NCBI GenBank assembly: GCA_965645245.1
Contig: OZ287079.1
Coordinates: 1,488,001 to 1,552,000, forward strand
From: Massalongia carnosa
Taxonomy: Eukaryota
Length of the DNA: 64,000 nt
Direction of reading: 5' to 3'
The notes beneath the pieces were generated by a model. That model was not told the origin of the DNA and searched no databases. It was given only the letters and a program-made list of their open reading frames with translations. The position numbers and the translations under genes are program-made. Positions 29,144 to 42,899 of the stretch are shown here, piece after piece (position 1 is the first letter of the stretch; each line of letters starts with the position of its first letter).

Positions 29144-30501
29144 ATGGCTTTTGGAGAGGGTGGATTCAGAACGAGGGCCGCGAGCTTACTCCCTCCTTCG
29201 CTACGCGCAGCGAGTCAACCACATGAAGATGAAGCGAAATCCGAGAAACACCTGGTTATCCCACCATCTCCCCAAGCGGAACTTTACATGAGCGAGAAGC
29301 CTCCCCTAGATGAGCCGACAAACGATAGAAACACGTCTTTATCATTATCATCTACTGAGAAGATCTACGGACCACGCGGTAATCCCACCATTGCTCACGA
29401 TGTAGATGCCAACAGGGCCGTTCGAACTATACCGAGTTAGTGATTCCGATCAGTCCAGGCGTCCAATTTGGTCTCTTCCGAGCTTTAAACCTTTTGAATA
29501 TCCTCTTTCCGTGCTGACGCTCAATCCTAAATAGCTTGGGTTAAGTCTCTTACGGAGGATGATGAGGATGCTGTACCCATAACACGGTTGCTCCCCCTGA
29601 GCCCACCCAGCGCCCAATTAGCGCAGCACAACTCAAGCCCCTCGGTAAGGAACAAGACAAAGTCAGAACCAGCCAGAGGCAGACTTCATGATCTACAAAG
29701 AGAATGGGAACCGCCGACACCTAGAGGTCCTGTTAGCGAGCATGCATCAAATTGGAGGGCATTTGTAAATGCGTCAGCTTATCCGGCCGTTTCTGCTAAT
29801 GGCAGAAAACTCGTCACTGAAGAATGGCTTGTTGAAAATGGTCCAGATTATTCACGGCCTTGGCTCGCAGGCTCGGACCGGGATCATGCTGAAAACGAGG
29901 GTGCTCGTCTCTTCATGTTCCAAACGAAGCGGAAGGGACGGCTGGAAAGGCTGCAACGTACCATCCTGCGGAGTCCCATGATTCCCTTGGTTATCCGGAC
30001 GATTGTGTGGATTTTCTCTCTCGCTGCTTTGGCTCTCGGAAGCTCAATTCGCAGACTTACCTCGGACAACAAGGGACCCACGGAAAAAATCAATGGCCCT
30101 TCTCCGAACATTGCTATCATTGTTGATGCCATCGCCCTTGTTTACATTCTCTACATCACGTACGATGAGTATACTGGGAAGCCCTTAGGACTACGTTCTG
30201 CAAGAGCGAAGATGCGTCTCATATTTCTGGATTTGTTCTTCATCGTCTTTGACTCTGCAAATTTAAGTTTAGCTTTCGAAGCGGTTTCCCATTCAGAACA
30301 AGAATGCACCACCCATAAACTAGGGCACACCTTATGTCATCAGCAGCAGGCCTTGGCTTCAGTACTTTTGATTGCCTTAATCTCTTGGCTCTTGACGTTC
30401 TCCATCAGCGTATTGAGGTGAGTACTTATCTCTTTGCGGCCCAAATGTTGCCGGTGAGCTCATCGATTTACAGGCTGGTTGAGCGAGTGACTGGGAAATA
30501 A
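29144..30501 (+). CDS. SRF1-like regulator of phospholipase D (4 C-terminal TM helices), 2 introns
   Basis: RTIP|TWV across intron ~29435-29534. ILRSPMIPLVIR, YITYDEYTGKPLGLRSARAKMRLIFLDLFFIVFDSANLSLAF, final exon LVERVTGK*. Confidence 0.8.
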
Positions 30502-30874
30502 CACTACGACTTTCATGAATCGGATGAGGGCGTTCAGGGACTCTTTGTGTCCATCCTAGCAGCATAGCGAGGGCTTGATTGGCATGAACCGGGCGTTCTG
30601 CATATAGGCTACAAGTGGCCCAAGAATTCAGCTCGAAATACAAAAGGTTCTGAGATCATATTACTGGCGTTGTTCCGTAGAGCTTGAGCAATTGTGGTTT
30701 GATACCGCGCCACTTGAGCCTGGCTTCGACCCGGTGATGTCAGTACTCTCGGCTCCTTTGGACCCTTCCTGAACCCTGTAAGTAACGCATCATTGCGCAT
30801 GTCCCTTGCTCGGAGTCATCCCGTCCATGCCCTCATACTTGCAATTGATTTTCTCAACCTACTCTCAAGTTATC

Positions 30875-31426
30875 ATGGGGTTCTCATCACCCATTCCACG
30901 TCTGAGCAACCTTCGCATTTCCTCGCATCAAATCCCTGCGTTTGACCGGCTGCCCAACACCTCCATCCAACACAAACTTCTCCTCATCTACCATTCAGCT
31001 TTTCATCCCCGTACCTCTGCCTCCACCATCGAAGCGCATCTGACGGCGGTCGGCCTGGTGGAACCGCAATGGCGCTACACTATATACAGCATCTCGCATT
31101 TTCACAGTATTTCGCACGAAGTGCTATGCGTTATGTCAGGGAAAGCACACTTGTGCTTTGGGGGCGAAGACAACCCGAAACGGGTGGAACCGGTAGTGTT
31201 AGCAGGTGATGTTATAATTTTGTCGGCTGGGGTCGCTCATCCGCTACTGGAGGACGTAGAGGAGGATTTCGACATGGTCGGAGGCTATCCTAATGGAACG
31301 GGGTGGGACATGTAATATGGGCATGAGAGGGAAGAGGACAAGGTCAAGGCGATTGAGACTGTAGAGTGGTTAGCACGAGATCCGATATATGGCGAGGAAG
31401 GGCCTTGTCTCCATCCCAACGAATGA
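30875..31426 (+). pseudogene. Cupin protein (YjlB-like) with a premature stop
   Basis: LPNTSIQHKLLLIY, SHFHSISHEVL, GDVIILSAGVAH. TAA at 31313-31315 sits where WDMCYG is expected, and the frame resumes through RDPIYGEEGP to TGA at 31424-31426. Confidence 0.75.
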
Positions 31427-32079
31427 TGTGCTTCTGAAGCTTGTTCACCTCTTTGTTGACTCGATGAGCCTTTGTACGCCATTTAGGGGATCCAACCATA
31501 AAAGATGGATCACGTGGAGTACCTATCACCGTGTGTTCTCATTGGACGGGATGAAAGCAGACTTGACAGGCGCCATCAATCAGCGTTATGTAACTAAACC
31601 TTGATAGGCGAAGCGGGGGCTGAAGCCTCTTAAATTTCTGCCTTATCGAATCCCTTCAGCCTGCGTGACTTGAAACAAACAATCGACTTCTTCACCCGAT
31701 CACCCGATATACAGAGACTCTATATAAAAATGTCATCTTCACTCTGCTAGATTCAGGCAACCTCCTCCCTTCCCCTGTACTTTCCCTGTCCGCTCAACAC
31801 TCATCCACCTTCATCGCGTCACGTCTCCTGCCGTTATCTCTTCAAACACTTCACTAGTTGCTTCTCTTCCTTGGTGGTCGGTGCACGTGTTCTTCATGAA
31901 CTTCACTTGACGGATTTCCTTTGGCGCACACCCATCCTTGTCTGTTTACAACCTCAACTGCTGCACGATTCAGTCCTGGGAGAGTACAGCCCACCTCTAC
32001 CCCGCACAGTTCCTCTCAAAATCAGGAGCAACCTTTGATCCCAAGCCGTGCAACGCTGCCGAGCAGTCAACCCACAAAG

Positions 32080-34716
32080 ATGACGATCGCCATGCCTTCT
32101 GCTCCCAATAAGGACGACTTGAACGCCACGTAAGCACTCGTAATTCGTCACATGCGATCTAGACAGTTGCGCATGCTAACCGTGACTGGTTATGTGCAGA
32201 TGGGCTTTCCTCGAGGCGGGGGTGGAGGGGATTATGAAAAATTTGAGGGAAGGCGTGGATATGGTGACGGTATGTACCGTCATGGAAGCGGGTGATAAGA
32301 TCTATGCTGACATGGAGTCTGTAGTATATGGGTATTTATACGTAAGGCATCTGGCTCATCGAGAAGAATCTCACATGCTAATGGAAATCAAGAGCGGTTC
32401 ATAATTTCTGTACCTCGCAAAAAGCCGTTAGCTCGACTGGCAGCCCCATCGGAGGAAACACGCATCGCGGAGGTTGGTGATCGTTCTACTTACGTATCAA
32501 ATCATCTCTGAGAGTACTGACAGAATCGACAGCCAACCTCCTTGGTGAGGAACTTTACATTCGCTTGAAAGACTACCTTTCCAAACACCTTGTAGAAATA
32601 CATGAAAAATCCAAGTGCCACGTCGACGAAGCTCTTCTTAGTTATTACATTCGAGAATGGGATCGATATACGACTGCCGCCAAATACACCAATCATCTGT
32701 TCAGATACCTGAATCGTCATTGGGTGAAGCGAGAGATCGACGAGGGCAAGAAGGATATTTACGATGTCTATACGCTCCACCTCGTACAGTGGCGAGAAGA
32801 GCTGTTCAAAAAGCTGAATTTCAACGTCATGGCTGCGGTGTTGAGGATGGTGGAAAAGCAGCGAAACGGCGAGACGATCGAGCAAGCACAGATCAAGAGC
32901 GTTGTCGACTCCTTCGTCTCTTTAGGACTGGACGAGACGGATAGCACGAAGTCCACCCTTGACGTCTATCGGTATCACTTTGAGAAACCCTTCTTAGAAT
33001 CGACTACTAAATATTATGAAAGAGAGTCGGCTCAGTTTGTAGCTGAGAATAGCATTGTCGAATACATGAAGAAAGCCGAGACAAGGCTTGAAGAAGAGAA
33101 AGGACGCGTGGGATTGTACTTGCACCCGGATATTATGAATCCTTTGATGAAAGCCTGTCTTGGGGTCCTGGTTACTGGTCACTCGGGTCTTCTTCGCGAT
33201 GAATTCCAAGTGCTTTTGGACAATGATCGCCAAGAAGATCTTGCCAGGATGTATCGTCTTCTCGCGAGAATAGTCGATGGACTTGAGCCGTTGCGGACGA
33301 AATTTGAGGCGCATGTGAGGAAATCGGGATTAGCGGCCGTCGAGAAAGTCGCGGTCGAAGGCGACAACCTCGAGCCGAAGACATACGTCGATGCGCTTCT
33401 GGAGGTACACACCCAGTATCAGAAGCTCGTGGACGATGCATTTGGCGGAGAGTCCGAGTTTGTACGATCCCTGGACAACGCTTGCAAGGAGTTTGTCAAC
33501 CGAAACAAGGTCTGCAAGACTGGCTCAACCCGATCGCCCGAGCTGCTAGCCAAATACGCGGATACGTTGCTGAAGAAGAGTGGCAAAAGCGCCGAAGAGG
33601 CTGACCTTGAAGCGTCCTTGACGCAAATCATGACGGTCTTCAAGTACATTGAGGATAAAGACGTCTTTCAAAAATTCTACTCTCGGATGTTGGCCAAGCG
33701 CTTGGTGCATTCAAGCTCGGCTTCGGAGGATGCGGAGACGAGCATGATTAGCAAATTGAAAGAGGCTTGCGGATTCGAGTATACCAACAAGCTTCAACGC
33801 ATGTTCCAGGACATTCAAATATCCAAAGACCTCAATAGCAACTACAATGATTGGCAATGCAAAGCCTTGGACGAAGATGATATGAAGAAAGCTGTTGATT
33901 CCAATTACCACGTTCTCGGGACCGGCTTCTGGCCTCTTACGCCCCCGACCACCCAATTCATACCTCCCCAAGAGGTCGTCAAGACTTATAGCCGCTTCCA
34001 GACCTTTTACTTTGATAAGCATAATGGTCGGAAATTGACCTGGTTATGGAATCTCTGCAAAGGAGAAATCAAAGCCAACTACATCAAAAGCGGCAAAATC
34101 CCCTACACTTTCATGGTCTCAACCTATCAAATGGCCATCTTATTGCTTTTTAACGATGCCGATGCTGTGACATACGAAGATGCGCAGAAAGCAACGGCTC
34201 TAGCTTCAGACTGGTTAGATCCTTCACTGGGGGTGTTTGTTAAAGCCAAAGTTTTGATTCCTAGTCCCGAAAATGCTAAACCTGAGCCTGGAACGTCATA
34301 TACTTTAAATTACGCCTTCAAGAATAAGAGAGTTAAGGTGAATCTTAACATTGCTGTCAAATCGGAGCAGAAGCAAGAGGTGGAAGATACTCACAAAACC
34401 ATCGAAGAAGACCGTAAACTCCTTATGCAGGTTCGTATTTCAGTACTCTACTCTAATTCGATTTTAATTTTGCTTATCCACGTGCATGATCTTTTCATAT
34501 TTGATGATGCGCTAATATCTCGTTTAGTCGGCAATCGTCCGCATTATGAAATCTCGTAAGAAGATGAAGCACGTCCAGTTAGTACAAGAGACCATCTCGC
34601 AGATCAAATCCCGTTTCACGCCTAAGATCACCGATATCAAAAAGTCGATCGACCAGCTGATCGAAAAGGAATACCTGGAACGCTTGGACGGCGAAGAGCT
34701 GGGATATCTAGCTTGA
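32080..34716 (+). CDS. CUL1: Cullin-1 (SCF scaffold, CulA/Cdc53), multi-intron
   Basis: [59 protein letters not shown], neddylation motif [10 protein letters not shown], terminal LIEKEYLER...GYLA*. Confidence 0.97.
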
Positions 34717-35648
34717 GTGAGAGCTCCCGGTGTCAGCAGATGATAAAACTCCGCGCGTGGATTTAACTGGGTGACCGCGTATATTGTGCATAGGGCCTAC
34801 AATTGCACACTCGAGCATGGAAAGGAAGCGAGGCGCAAAAGTGGGCAGATGGAGTTTTTGAAGCGTGAAGAAAGCAGGGGGAATAAGATAGCTAGCTGAA
34901 GGATTGCTTATGAAAGATCCCCGCGTAATAGGCATGGCACGCAAGGGGTAGATAAGTTCGGCCGATATTAGGCTGCTTCCATCTACGCGTCTCTCCCCCT
35001 CCCTTTCGGTGCTAGTAAAGGGCACGAGGGCTCTTTCGGTATGTTAGCAAGACTTAATGGAGATTGAAAATACAAAATGAAGCGGACGTATCAGCGTGTG
35101 CTCTTCTTCCTCTTTCTTTATTCCTCACCGCTAGCTCTTTCTGTTAGCGTTTATGTTGACTTATAACTTTCGCTTCGCTTGCAGCATTCGTGCCGGCGTT
35201 TATTTATCTAGTCACAACCTATTTCTCTTCTTTTTTTTATTCCTTCTTTATCTTCCTCTTCATTTTCTTCCCGCTATATAAGCCATACCTACCTACCTAC
35301 TGTGCGCTTTCCTCCTTCCTCCTCCTCTCAACGCATCCTTGTTTAGTGGGAGCAGAGGGGGGGGGGTTGTAGAGTTGAAGAGGAGATGGAGAGGGAAAGG
35401 AAGGGAGAGTGAAAGAATATGGCTTGCGGAAAAGGTTGGGGAAGGTATTGAGAGTCCGGGGAGAGGCAAGACTGAATTTTTGCGAGGGTGGATAACATTA
35501 ATGTTCTCCATGCAGGGTTGGGGGGGGAATCGCGAGAATGGATAGAAGTGCCTAATTTGACGATTGGTCGAACACCTTCCGCACGGCTAGTCGTACATCC
35601 TCCCCCTTCTGGAAGACTTGGTTGACTTGATCTTTCATCGAACGAGAG

Positions 35649-35993
<345 letters not shown>

Positions 35994-36529
35994 ACTGTGG
36001 TGTTTTTGATTAGGAATTCATGATTTTTAATGAGGACGAGAAAGATGATTCTGTGAAACACGGGAATCACGAGATGAAGAATCACAAGTTCGACGTTTTT
36101 TCGTGAGGAGCGGAAGTGGATCCGAGCAACTGATTCCCGACAGGAAGAGGATTATTTATGTGCGACCGTTCAAATAGAATGTTCCCATCATCGTCAGTAG
36201 GGGGTGCACCTGTAGCCATGCCCCCTATTTAATTTTAAAACTTGATTGTGATGAGAGTGGTCTTTCTATGCGTTTCTTTCCTTTCTCACTTACTGTTCTT
36301 GGCTCTAGACATCGATTTTACTGGAGATATAACCAGGAGAAGGGATGGGGGATGTGGCTATTATGTAGAGGAAGAAGGAAAGGAGAAGGAGGAGAAGTTA
36401 GAAAAGAACGAAAAATGAGCAGAGGCCAAAGAAGCAATCAAAGCAGAAATAGAGACAGGCAGATGTTCCGAAACGGGAGACGGGGATATCCCCGTCATGC
36501 AGAAGAACTAAGCTAACATTAATAAAGTG

Positions 36530-37272
36530 TTGCCTCAGTACCTCAGACGTGCCCGGCTAAGCCCCTTCGGGTTAACAGGCTGACTACGCAGCACATCGTG
36601 GTATCGCAGCCACGTTAGTCAGCTGGGACGCTAATCCGAAGGAGCTTAGCGAAATAGGCTAACCCGGAGGGGCTTAGACGGCTCCTAGAGCCCACGCATG
36701 TCTGAGGTACTGAGGCAAGTCTGAGCCCAAACAAGATTACGGTCAGATATGGCTTAACGATCATGACAAGAACGATTTCGACCTTATAGAACAACGTCAC
36801 AACTTCATGTTTGTAACGTCGTCGTCGCTTGATATGATCATGATCAATGTATTTTTGATTTTTTCGTTATAAATTTCAATCTTTATTTATGTTTATAATG
36901 TGCAGAGCAATTTTACATACATCTTGTTATTTTCGTTAAGTCGATTCTCGATTTCTATGCGAAGTGCAATCAGATTGCCCCACATGAACTTTACAATGAA
37001 CAGGAATTTCAGGAAACTTTCTATACAAATTCTACTTGACTTCTTTCGAAGAAAAGCCTGTGTCAAACGAAAAAGCAAGACGTCAAAATGTCGAAAAATC
37101 GCAATAATACACGATTTATTACGAATATCTGACCGTAATATTTAGTTTTGCGCTCAGACGTGCTATCGCAGCCACGTTAGTCAGCTGGGACGCTAATCCG
37201 AAGGAGTTTAGCGAAATAGGCTAACCCGGAGGGGCTTAGACGGCTCCTAGAGCGTCTGAGGTACTGAGGCAA
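36530..37272. mobile_element. Non-autonomous composite TIR element with 9-bp TSD (Mutator/MULE-like)
   Basis: Perfect 20-bp TIR TTGCCTCAGTACCTCAGACG...CGTCTGAGGTACTGAGGCAA, flanked by AATAAAGTG at 36521-36529 and 37273-37281. Confidence 0.85.
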
Positions 37273-37285
37273 AATAAAGTGTGAA

Positions 37286-38695
37286 GGTGTCAAAAGTTTT
37301 TACCTAATGAGGGTAGGATTTTTAAGCGAAAATCCCCCATGTGGATGAAATTTTTTTTAGATTTCCTCCTCCAATCAACCATGGCACCATCTACTCCACC
37401 ACCACAGGCCAAAAAATCCCCTGATGCTGATACTAGCAGAAAACCCCGCTTTTTTCATGCTATTGATCATCGGCCGGAAAATGTCACCATCAAAGATGTC
37501 TGCGAGCAGGAGAGCATCAAGCTCGATCGAGGAAAATATTGGCTGAAGCAACGCTAGCGTCTTGAAGACGTCGCCTATCGACGACGTTCTCGTAGCGGTC
37601 GACCTAAAAAAGTGAGCACTCAGTTGATAAATCAGATGCTGAATCCACATACAAATAGCGTTCGCGATCAGCCGTACACCGTACAATTAGAGCACTTTCA
37701 TATAGATGTAACGCGACGTACACTGCAAAGAGCATTCAGTGCTCGCAAACCTCGTGCCGCTCGATTTAAAAAAGCGAAGGTGAAAACGCTCAGTCAGAAA
37801 AACGAGCGACTACGGGTTCTATACGGGAAAGAGCATGAAAATCATACTATTGAGAATTTCTGGCAGTACGTTCATTTCACGGATGAGGCTCATTTCGACC
37901 CGAATCAAACGTACTAAGAGCGAGTTCTTCGAGAGGAAGGCACTAGATACGAGTCAGAAAACATGCAAAAGATGCCGGACATGAAGGGAGTAAAACTGCA
38001 TGTGGCCGCTTCTATTTCGTGGCATCATAAAGGGCCGCTGACGTTTTACAATGACGAGCACGACGCGCCTGAAATTCAGGTTCACAAGCCCAGAAAACCA
38101 CGCAAGTCGAAGTATGAAACGGAGCATGATCATCGTCAGCGAATAGCTGAATGGGAGGCATCTCTACCTCACGATTTAGAGATTAAATCAAAAGGCAATA
38201 GCATGACTCAAGCTTATTATACGGAGCGTCTGCTTCCCGGCTATATGACTGAAATTCATGAATGTCGTGTTTTTCATGATCGATTTTGCATATTTCAAGA
38301 AGATAACGATCCTAGTCACGGCACACGATCTACAGACAATATCGTACGTAGATTCAAGGCAGCTAGCTGGATTGAAACATTGAATCATCCTCCGCAATCC
38401 CCTGATCTCAATCCAACGGAAGGGGTATGGAATATTCTGAAACAGCGAGTTAGACGGCGACGGTGCAACAATGTGAGAGAGTTAAAACGGGTGATTCTAG
38501 ATGAATGGGACAAAATATCTATAGATGAAATTCAGGCCCGAATTAAGGAGATACCTAATCGATGTAAGAGATTAATAGCGACGGAGGGCAAAGCAATAAA
38601 ATCCGATCTATGGTAAATTCTGATGATTTTGGTGAGGTGCCTTGAAAATTTTGGTGAGGGGCCCTGACCCCCATTAGGTAAAAACTTTTGACACC
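37286..38695 (+). mobile_element. Tc1-like DNA transposon (IS630-Tc1-mariner)
   Basis: Perfect 24-bp TIR GGTGTCAAAAGTTTTTACCTAATG at 37286-37309 and 38672-38695, enclosing a transposase reading frame. Exact termini and TA TSD are not clear. Confidence 0.92.
37381..38616 (+). pseudogene. Tc1-like DDE transposase (DD38E), two nonsense mutations
   Basis: One frame of 411 codons broken by TAG 37555-37557 and TAA 37915-37917. Motifs FTDEAHF, FQEDNDPSH, HPPQSPDLNPTEGVW. Confidence 0.9.
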
Positions 38696-38863
38696 CACGT
38701 GAAGTTATGTGTGTGCTTAGGTAATATGATTTGATAAACTCAAAGCTATGAACGGTGAATGAAGCAACCTAGAAAATGTCTATCTTCACATGGCCCGACT
38801 TCCTTGGCCGGCTAACCTAGTCAACGATCGAGTTCTCACAGCGAAGGCCTTAAGCAGTGAAGC

Positions 38864-40072
38864 ATGTCCAACGGAGATTTGATTGCCTTCAACGTAGCCG
38901 CTTTCATCTGCGCCTTGTTCGTTTTGGAGTTTGGTGCCGATAAATTTATTGACCACACCGCCATTGTCGCACGTCGGACTGGAATTTCCCAGGCACTCAT
39001 CGGTCTCCTTACAGCCGGTGCTGAATGGGAAGAGGTTGGTAGACTGCGCATTGATGCTTCCTCCAGAGCTGACTGAACTCTGCAGCTCATCGTTGTTGTA
39101 GCCTCTGTCGTAAGGAACCGCTCATCCCTTGCGCTAGGGAATATCATCGGCTCCACCATATCCAATATCCTCGGTGCGTTTTCGCTAGGGCTATTGATTC
39201 ATTCAACCAAGGAAGCAGTTGAATTCGACCGAAGTTCAAAAGTCTATTCCCTACTCTTACTCCTCTTGAGTGCTTTGGTCACCGCCCTGATCCTCCTCGG
39301 AACAAAAAGCACCTGGAGGATCTTTGGAGGGGTCCTACTAGCGCTCTTCGTGGTCTACATTGCCTCTGTTGCATGGGCAATCAGCCGGGGGGGGTTAACC
39401 GCTCCAGAACTTTCCGACTCTGATTCCGACGGCGATGATAGCAGTCAAGAGAATGGAAGCGAGAGAGGAGAGAGAAATCATGCCTTTGGTATTGGGATGA
39501 GAACACATACAAGTCAAAACATTAGGAATTCATCACTACCAATCCAGACCGATAGCCCTTTGGAGGAATTGTCTGGCTCCAGGACGCGTATGCCGCGCCG
39601 TTCCCAACACGGCCTGAAATACCATATCGGCTTTCTACTGCTAGGATTCTTATCCATCTGCCTTTCCGGTTACGTCCTTTCACACGCTTCGACAACGATT
39701 AGCGATGAAATTGGCACGTCCGATGTGCTATTTGGGATCGTAATATTATCCATCGCGACGACACTGCCTGAGAAGTTCATTGCGGTCCTCAGTGGTTTCC
39801 GCGGCCACACGGGCATTCTAGTTGCGAATACGGTTGGAAGCAATATTTTTCTGTTAGCACTATGCATGGGGATCGTATGGGTCGTTACGGCAGGAGAGTT
39901 TGACGCAGGCTCGGTGAACGCTGCGGAGGTGGGAGCGATGATGGGTTCTACCCTTGCATTAACAGCCACCGTATGGTTCGGGGCGAAGTGGATTCGGTGG
40001 ATTGGGGGGTCCATGCTGGTAGCTTACGTGGTCTTCCTTGTGCTCGAGTTCACTCTTATCCGAAAAGTTTGA
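38864..40072 (+). CDS. Na+/Ca2+ exchanger (CaCA family) membrane protein, 1 intron
   Basis: Intron 39035-39085. Alpha-repeat-like motifs LLTAGAEWEEL...ALGNIIGSTISNIL and ILSIATTLPEKF...VANTVGSNIF. Two hydrophobic halves separated by an acidic loop. Confidence 0.88.
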
Positions 40073-40121
40073 TACTGTGAATGCCGGGACCTACCTTTTA
40101 TACTAATCGCGTTATGTTATA

Positions 40122-42472
40122 CCGAATTATTTGACAGATAAAACCCCCCTGCAGTCTAAGACCCCCTTGACCATAAAACCCTGTTCTGATTGGCTGATTT
40201 CTGATCATAGGGGGGGTTGGCCCATAAAACCAGGTCCTTTTGAATCAAAAGGAAAGATACATAAATTTATATGCAAACGCCACCAAAGCTTATGTATCCT
40301 TTCTTAGAAATCAATTGAATCGGAAATTTAATCCCCCGCCCTACCCAATCCACCACCGCTTGCATGTTCTGTTTCTTCAACATCAAAAACAGCCTCCTGA
40401 TCGTTCACGTCACCTTCCAATTCATCCTTCATTACATATTCCATGCCTTCAGAGACAACCTTCTCAGCCCCTACCGACTTTATCATTCCATTCACGTCTG
40501 ATTCAGGCTCTCGTACCTCCTGAATGTCCTCCTGATTAGTGGGTAGCGTCCAGTCACCAACCTGAATGTTTGGTATGTCTTTGATTGACAATTCTTCATC
40601 TTCTGAACCGTCAACAGCGAGCGATAATCCCAGCTTTCGAAATGTTTGACGAATGAGAGAAGCGTGTTTCGTATGCAGTTCTCTCCACGCTTGACCCACC
40701 CATTTTGTTAGCATAATCCGTCGATCACCTACTGTGTAGGATCCTTTGCTCCATCTCTCGAAATTTTCATCGTAATGAATGTCGGCCAGCTCGGAAATTC
40801 GAGTCTTAAGAGGTTTATTGATAGCAACATCGAGAACCTGCACATAACCGGTGCAACCGGAAGGAATAAAAGAAGCCGTGATGTTTAAATCACGAAAGGC
40901 TTGTTTGACCTGCAAATTTGTTAATTAAATGAAGCTATGATAAAATTTGAATTCAATTTACCTCCTGCGTTTTTTGACCTGAAAAGACATCTAAAGATAG
41001 AAATCGCCGTGTATTAGTGTCATGCAGTCCCACAGTAGCGTATTTGTATTGCTGTTTTAGCCATCGAATCATGACTTCCACATTGCACAATTACCCCCGG
41101 ATCGTACATGATCATCTCTTTTCTGATTCGACTGTTTTTTGGCCCGTCTTGTCCTTTGAAAATGAGCAAGGGTTTGCAGCGATTGACGCCATCAGCAGAA
41201 ACATATATCATCAAATGTGGCTTTGCCTGTAGTCCCAGCCAGATCGATGAGTTTTTACCCATACCGTTTTGGCCCCCTTGAAATCGTAGCACTGACCCTG
41301 AAGAAACTCGTAGGCAATCGGAGTTTGATCCATGTTGCCAATGTCACAAAGTCGATACCTGCCTCCTCCATGCAAAGGAATCTGATGTGAAAATGGTCGA
41401 GAATTGCGACGATTGAATTGCAACCAGCTTTCAATATTAGCGCGAAAAGTCTCTGGCACCTTTGCATCAAATCGGGTTAGTCAAAATGTTTCGTGTTGTT
41501 TCAACGAATGATTTCTGACAGCTACACCAGTTCGACGTTTAAACCCATCAAACCAGCCATCAGAGAATTTGAACCCGCTATATTCAGTCACCTTATCGGT
41601 GACTTTGATCACTCTATGAGGAAACATTTCGCCGTACAATTTGCGTCCTTGACGAACAAACCAACGTTTGTTGATTTTACGCCCAGCTAATCGAGCTTCT
41701 TGGAACAATTTCAAAAGACTCTTTTCCAGCTCAGGTTCTTGACAGGAACCCCCTCCACTTTCTTTTCGTCTACCTCTAGAAAGTGTTTCAATATGCTTCT
41801 TCGTTTTAATCCACTGTCTTAACATAGCAGTAGTAATCCCGAGATTCGCCGCTGCAGCATATTTACTGATGAGTTTTAAACCTCCATCCTTTTGCTGCTT
41901 CCAGGTAGTCTTTGCATAACTAACAACAGCTAATTTCTGCTCTCTGGTGTAGGAAATACGTCGTCGCACCTCATCCTCGTCATCGGGAGCATTGTCGATT
42001 AAATTGTGACCTTCCCCCTCGCGATGAAGACGAAACTGTTCCAGAATCTGAGTCTCCTGATCGCCAGAAAAAGAGGTCGGTACGGTGGGCATGGAAGGCT
42101 GAATATGCACGCTCTTTGAAATTCGGGCCTGATTTATGCTACGAAGACTTGAAGACTTCACAGCAGGCCCAGGACGAGGCTGTTTTGAAGCCTGCAGAAG
42201 ATTCTGAGTATGAGGAGGAGCCATAATAACAAGAAGTTTATGAATTGCTGATGAACTGAGTCAAAAACGTTGTTTTTGTAGATCAAAAATGCACGAAGTT
42301 CAGCAGGGTGCACGATGCAGGTTTAGTACGTGCTTATAGGGGCTGACTAATGCTACCTCGCCCATTAAACCCTTATATGAAAGACCCTATAGCCCATAAA
42401 ACCCTGTCCGAAATGACCTCCGGGCGATCAATTGACCCATAAGACCAGGGTTTTGTCTGTCAAATAATTCGG
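40122..42472 (-). mobile_element. pogo/Fot1-like DNA transposon with TA TSD and degenerate spliced transposase (42224-40328)
   Basis: 25-bp TIR CCGAATTATTTGACAGA(T/C)AAAACCC, TA on both sides (40120-21, 42473-74), subterminal CCATAA(A/G)ACC repeats. CENP-B HTH (FKFSDGWFDGFKRR), NMDQTP, LSLDVFSGQ, IPSGCTGYVQVLDV (DD35D). Intron 40910-40961. Several frameshifts/deletions. Confidence 0.93.
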
Positions 42473-42899
42473 TAGATGAAACGAATGTTTGAATAGTGCG
42501 AAAACGTTCCGGCGACATTCACGAGATTCACAGCTTCCTAAAGCTGTTCCGCCAGATGCGGTGTGCATGTGGTCTGGATCGGATTCATAACGCTTCAAAA
42601 TCCAGTCTCGCGCAGCGGGCATATAGTAGAATACATCTACAGGGGGCGATTGAGAATCTTTGCGTCTACAATACGGGTTTAGACTTGTAATAAAAGACAT
42701 CGACTGGGTCGACTGGGTCGACTATGCAAAAGCTGAATATTGCATTGGACGATTATCTTTTCAAGTCTTGGGAGGAATCGATAGCTATCAGCAATTGCGG
42801 CGGTATTAGTAGCATTTCCCTAAAAACCACTTCTTTGGGAATTTCCGGGCTTCCCTGGGCACTGCGTCAGCGCAAAAATGTATGTCGGAGAGGTCCTCC

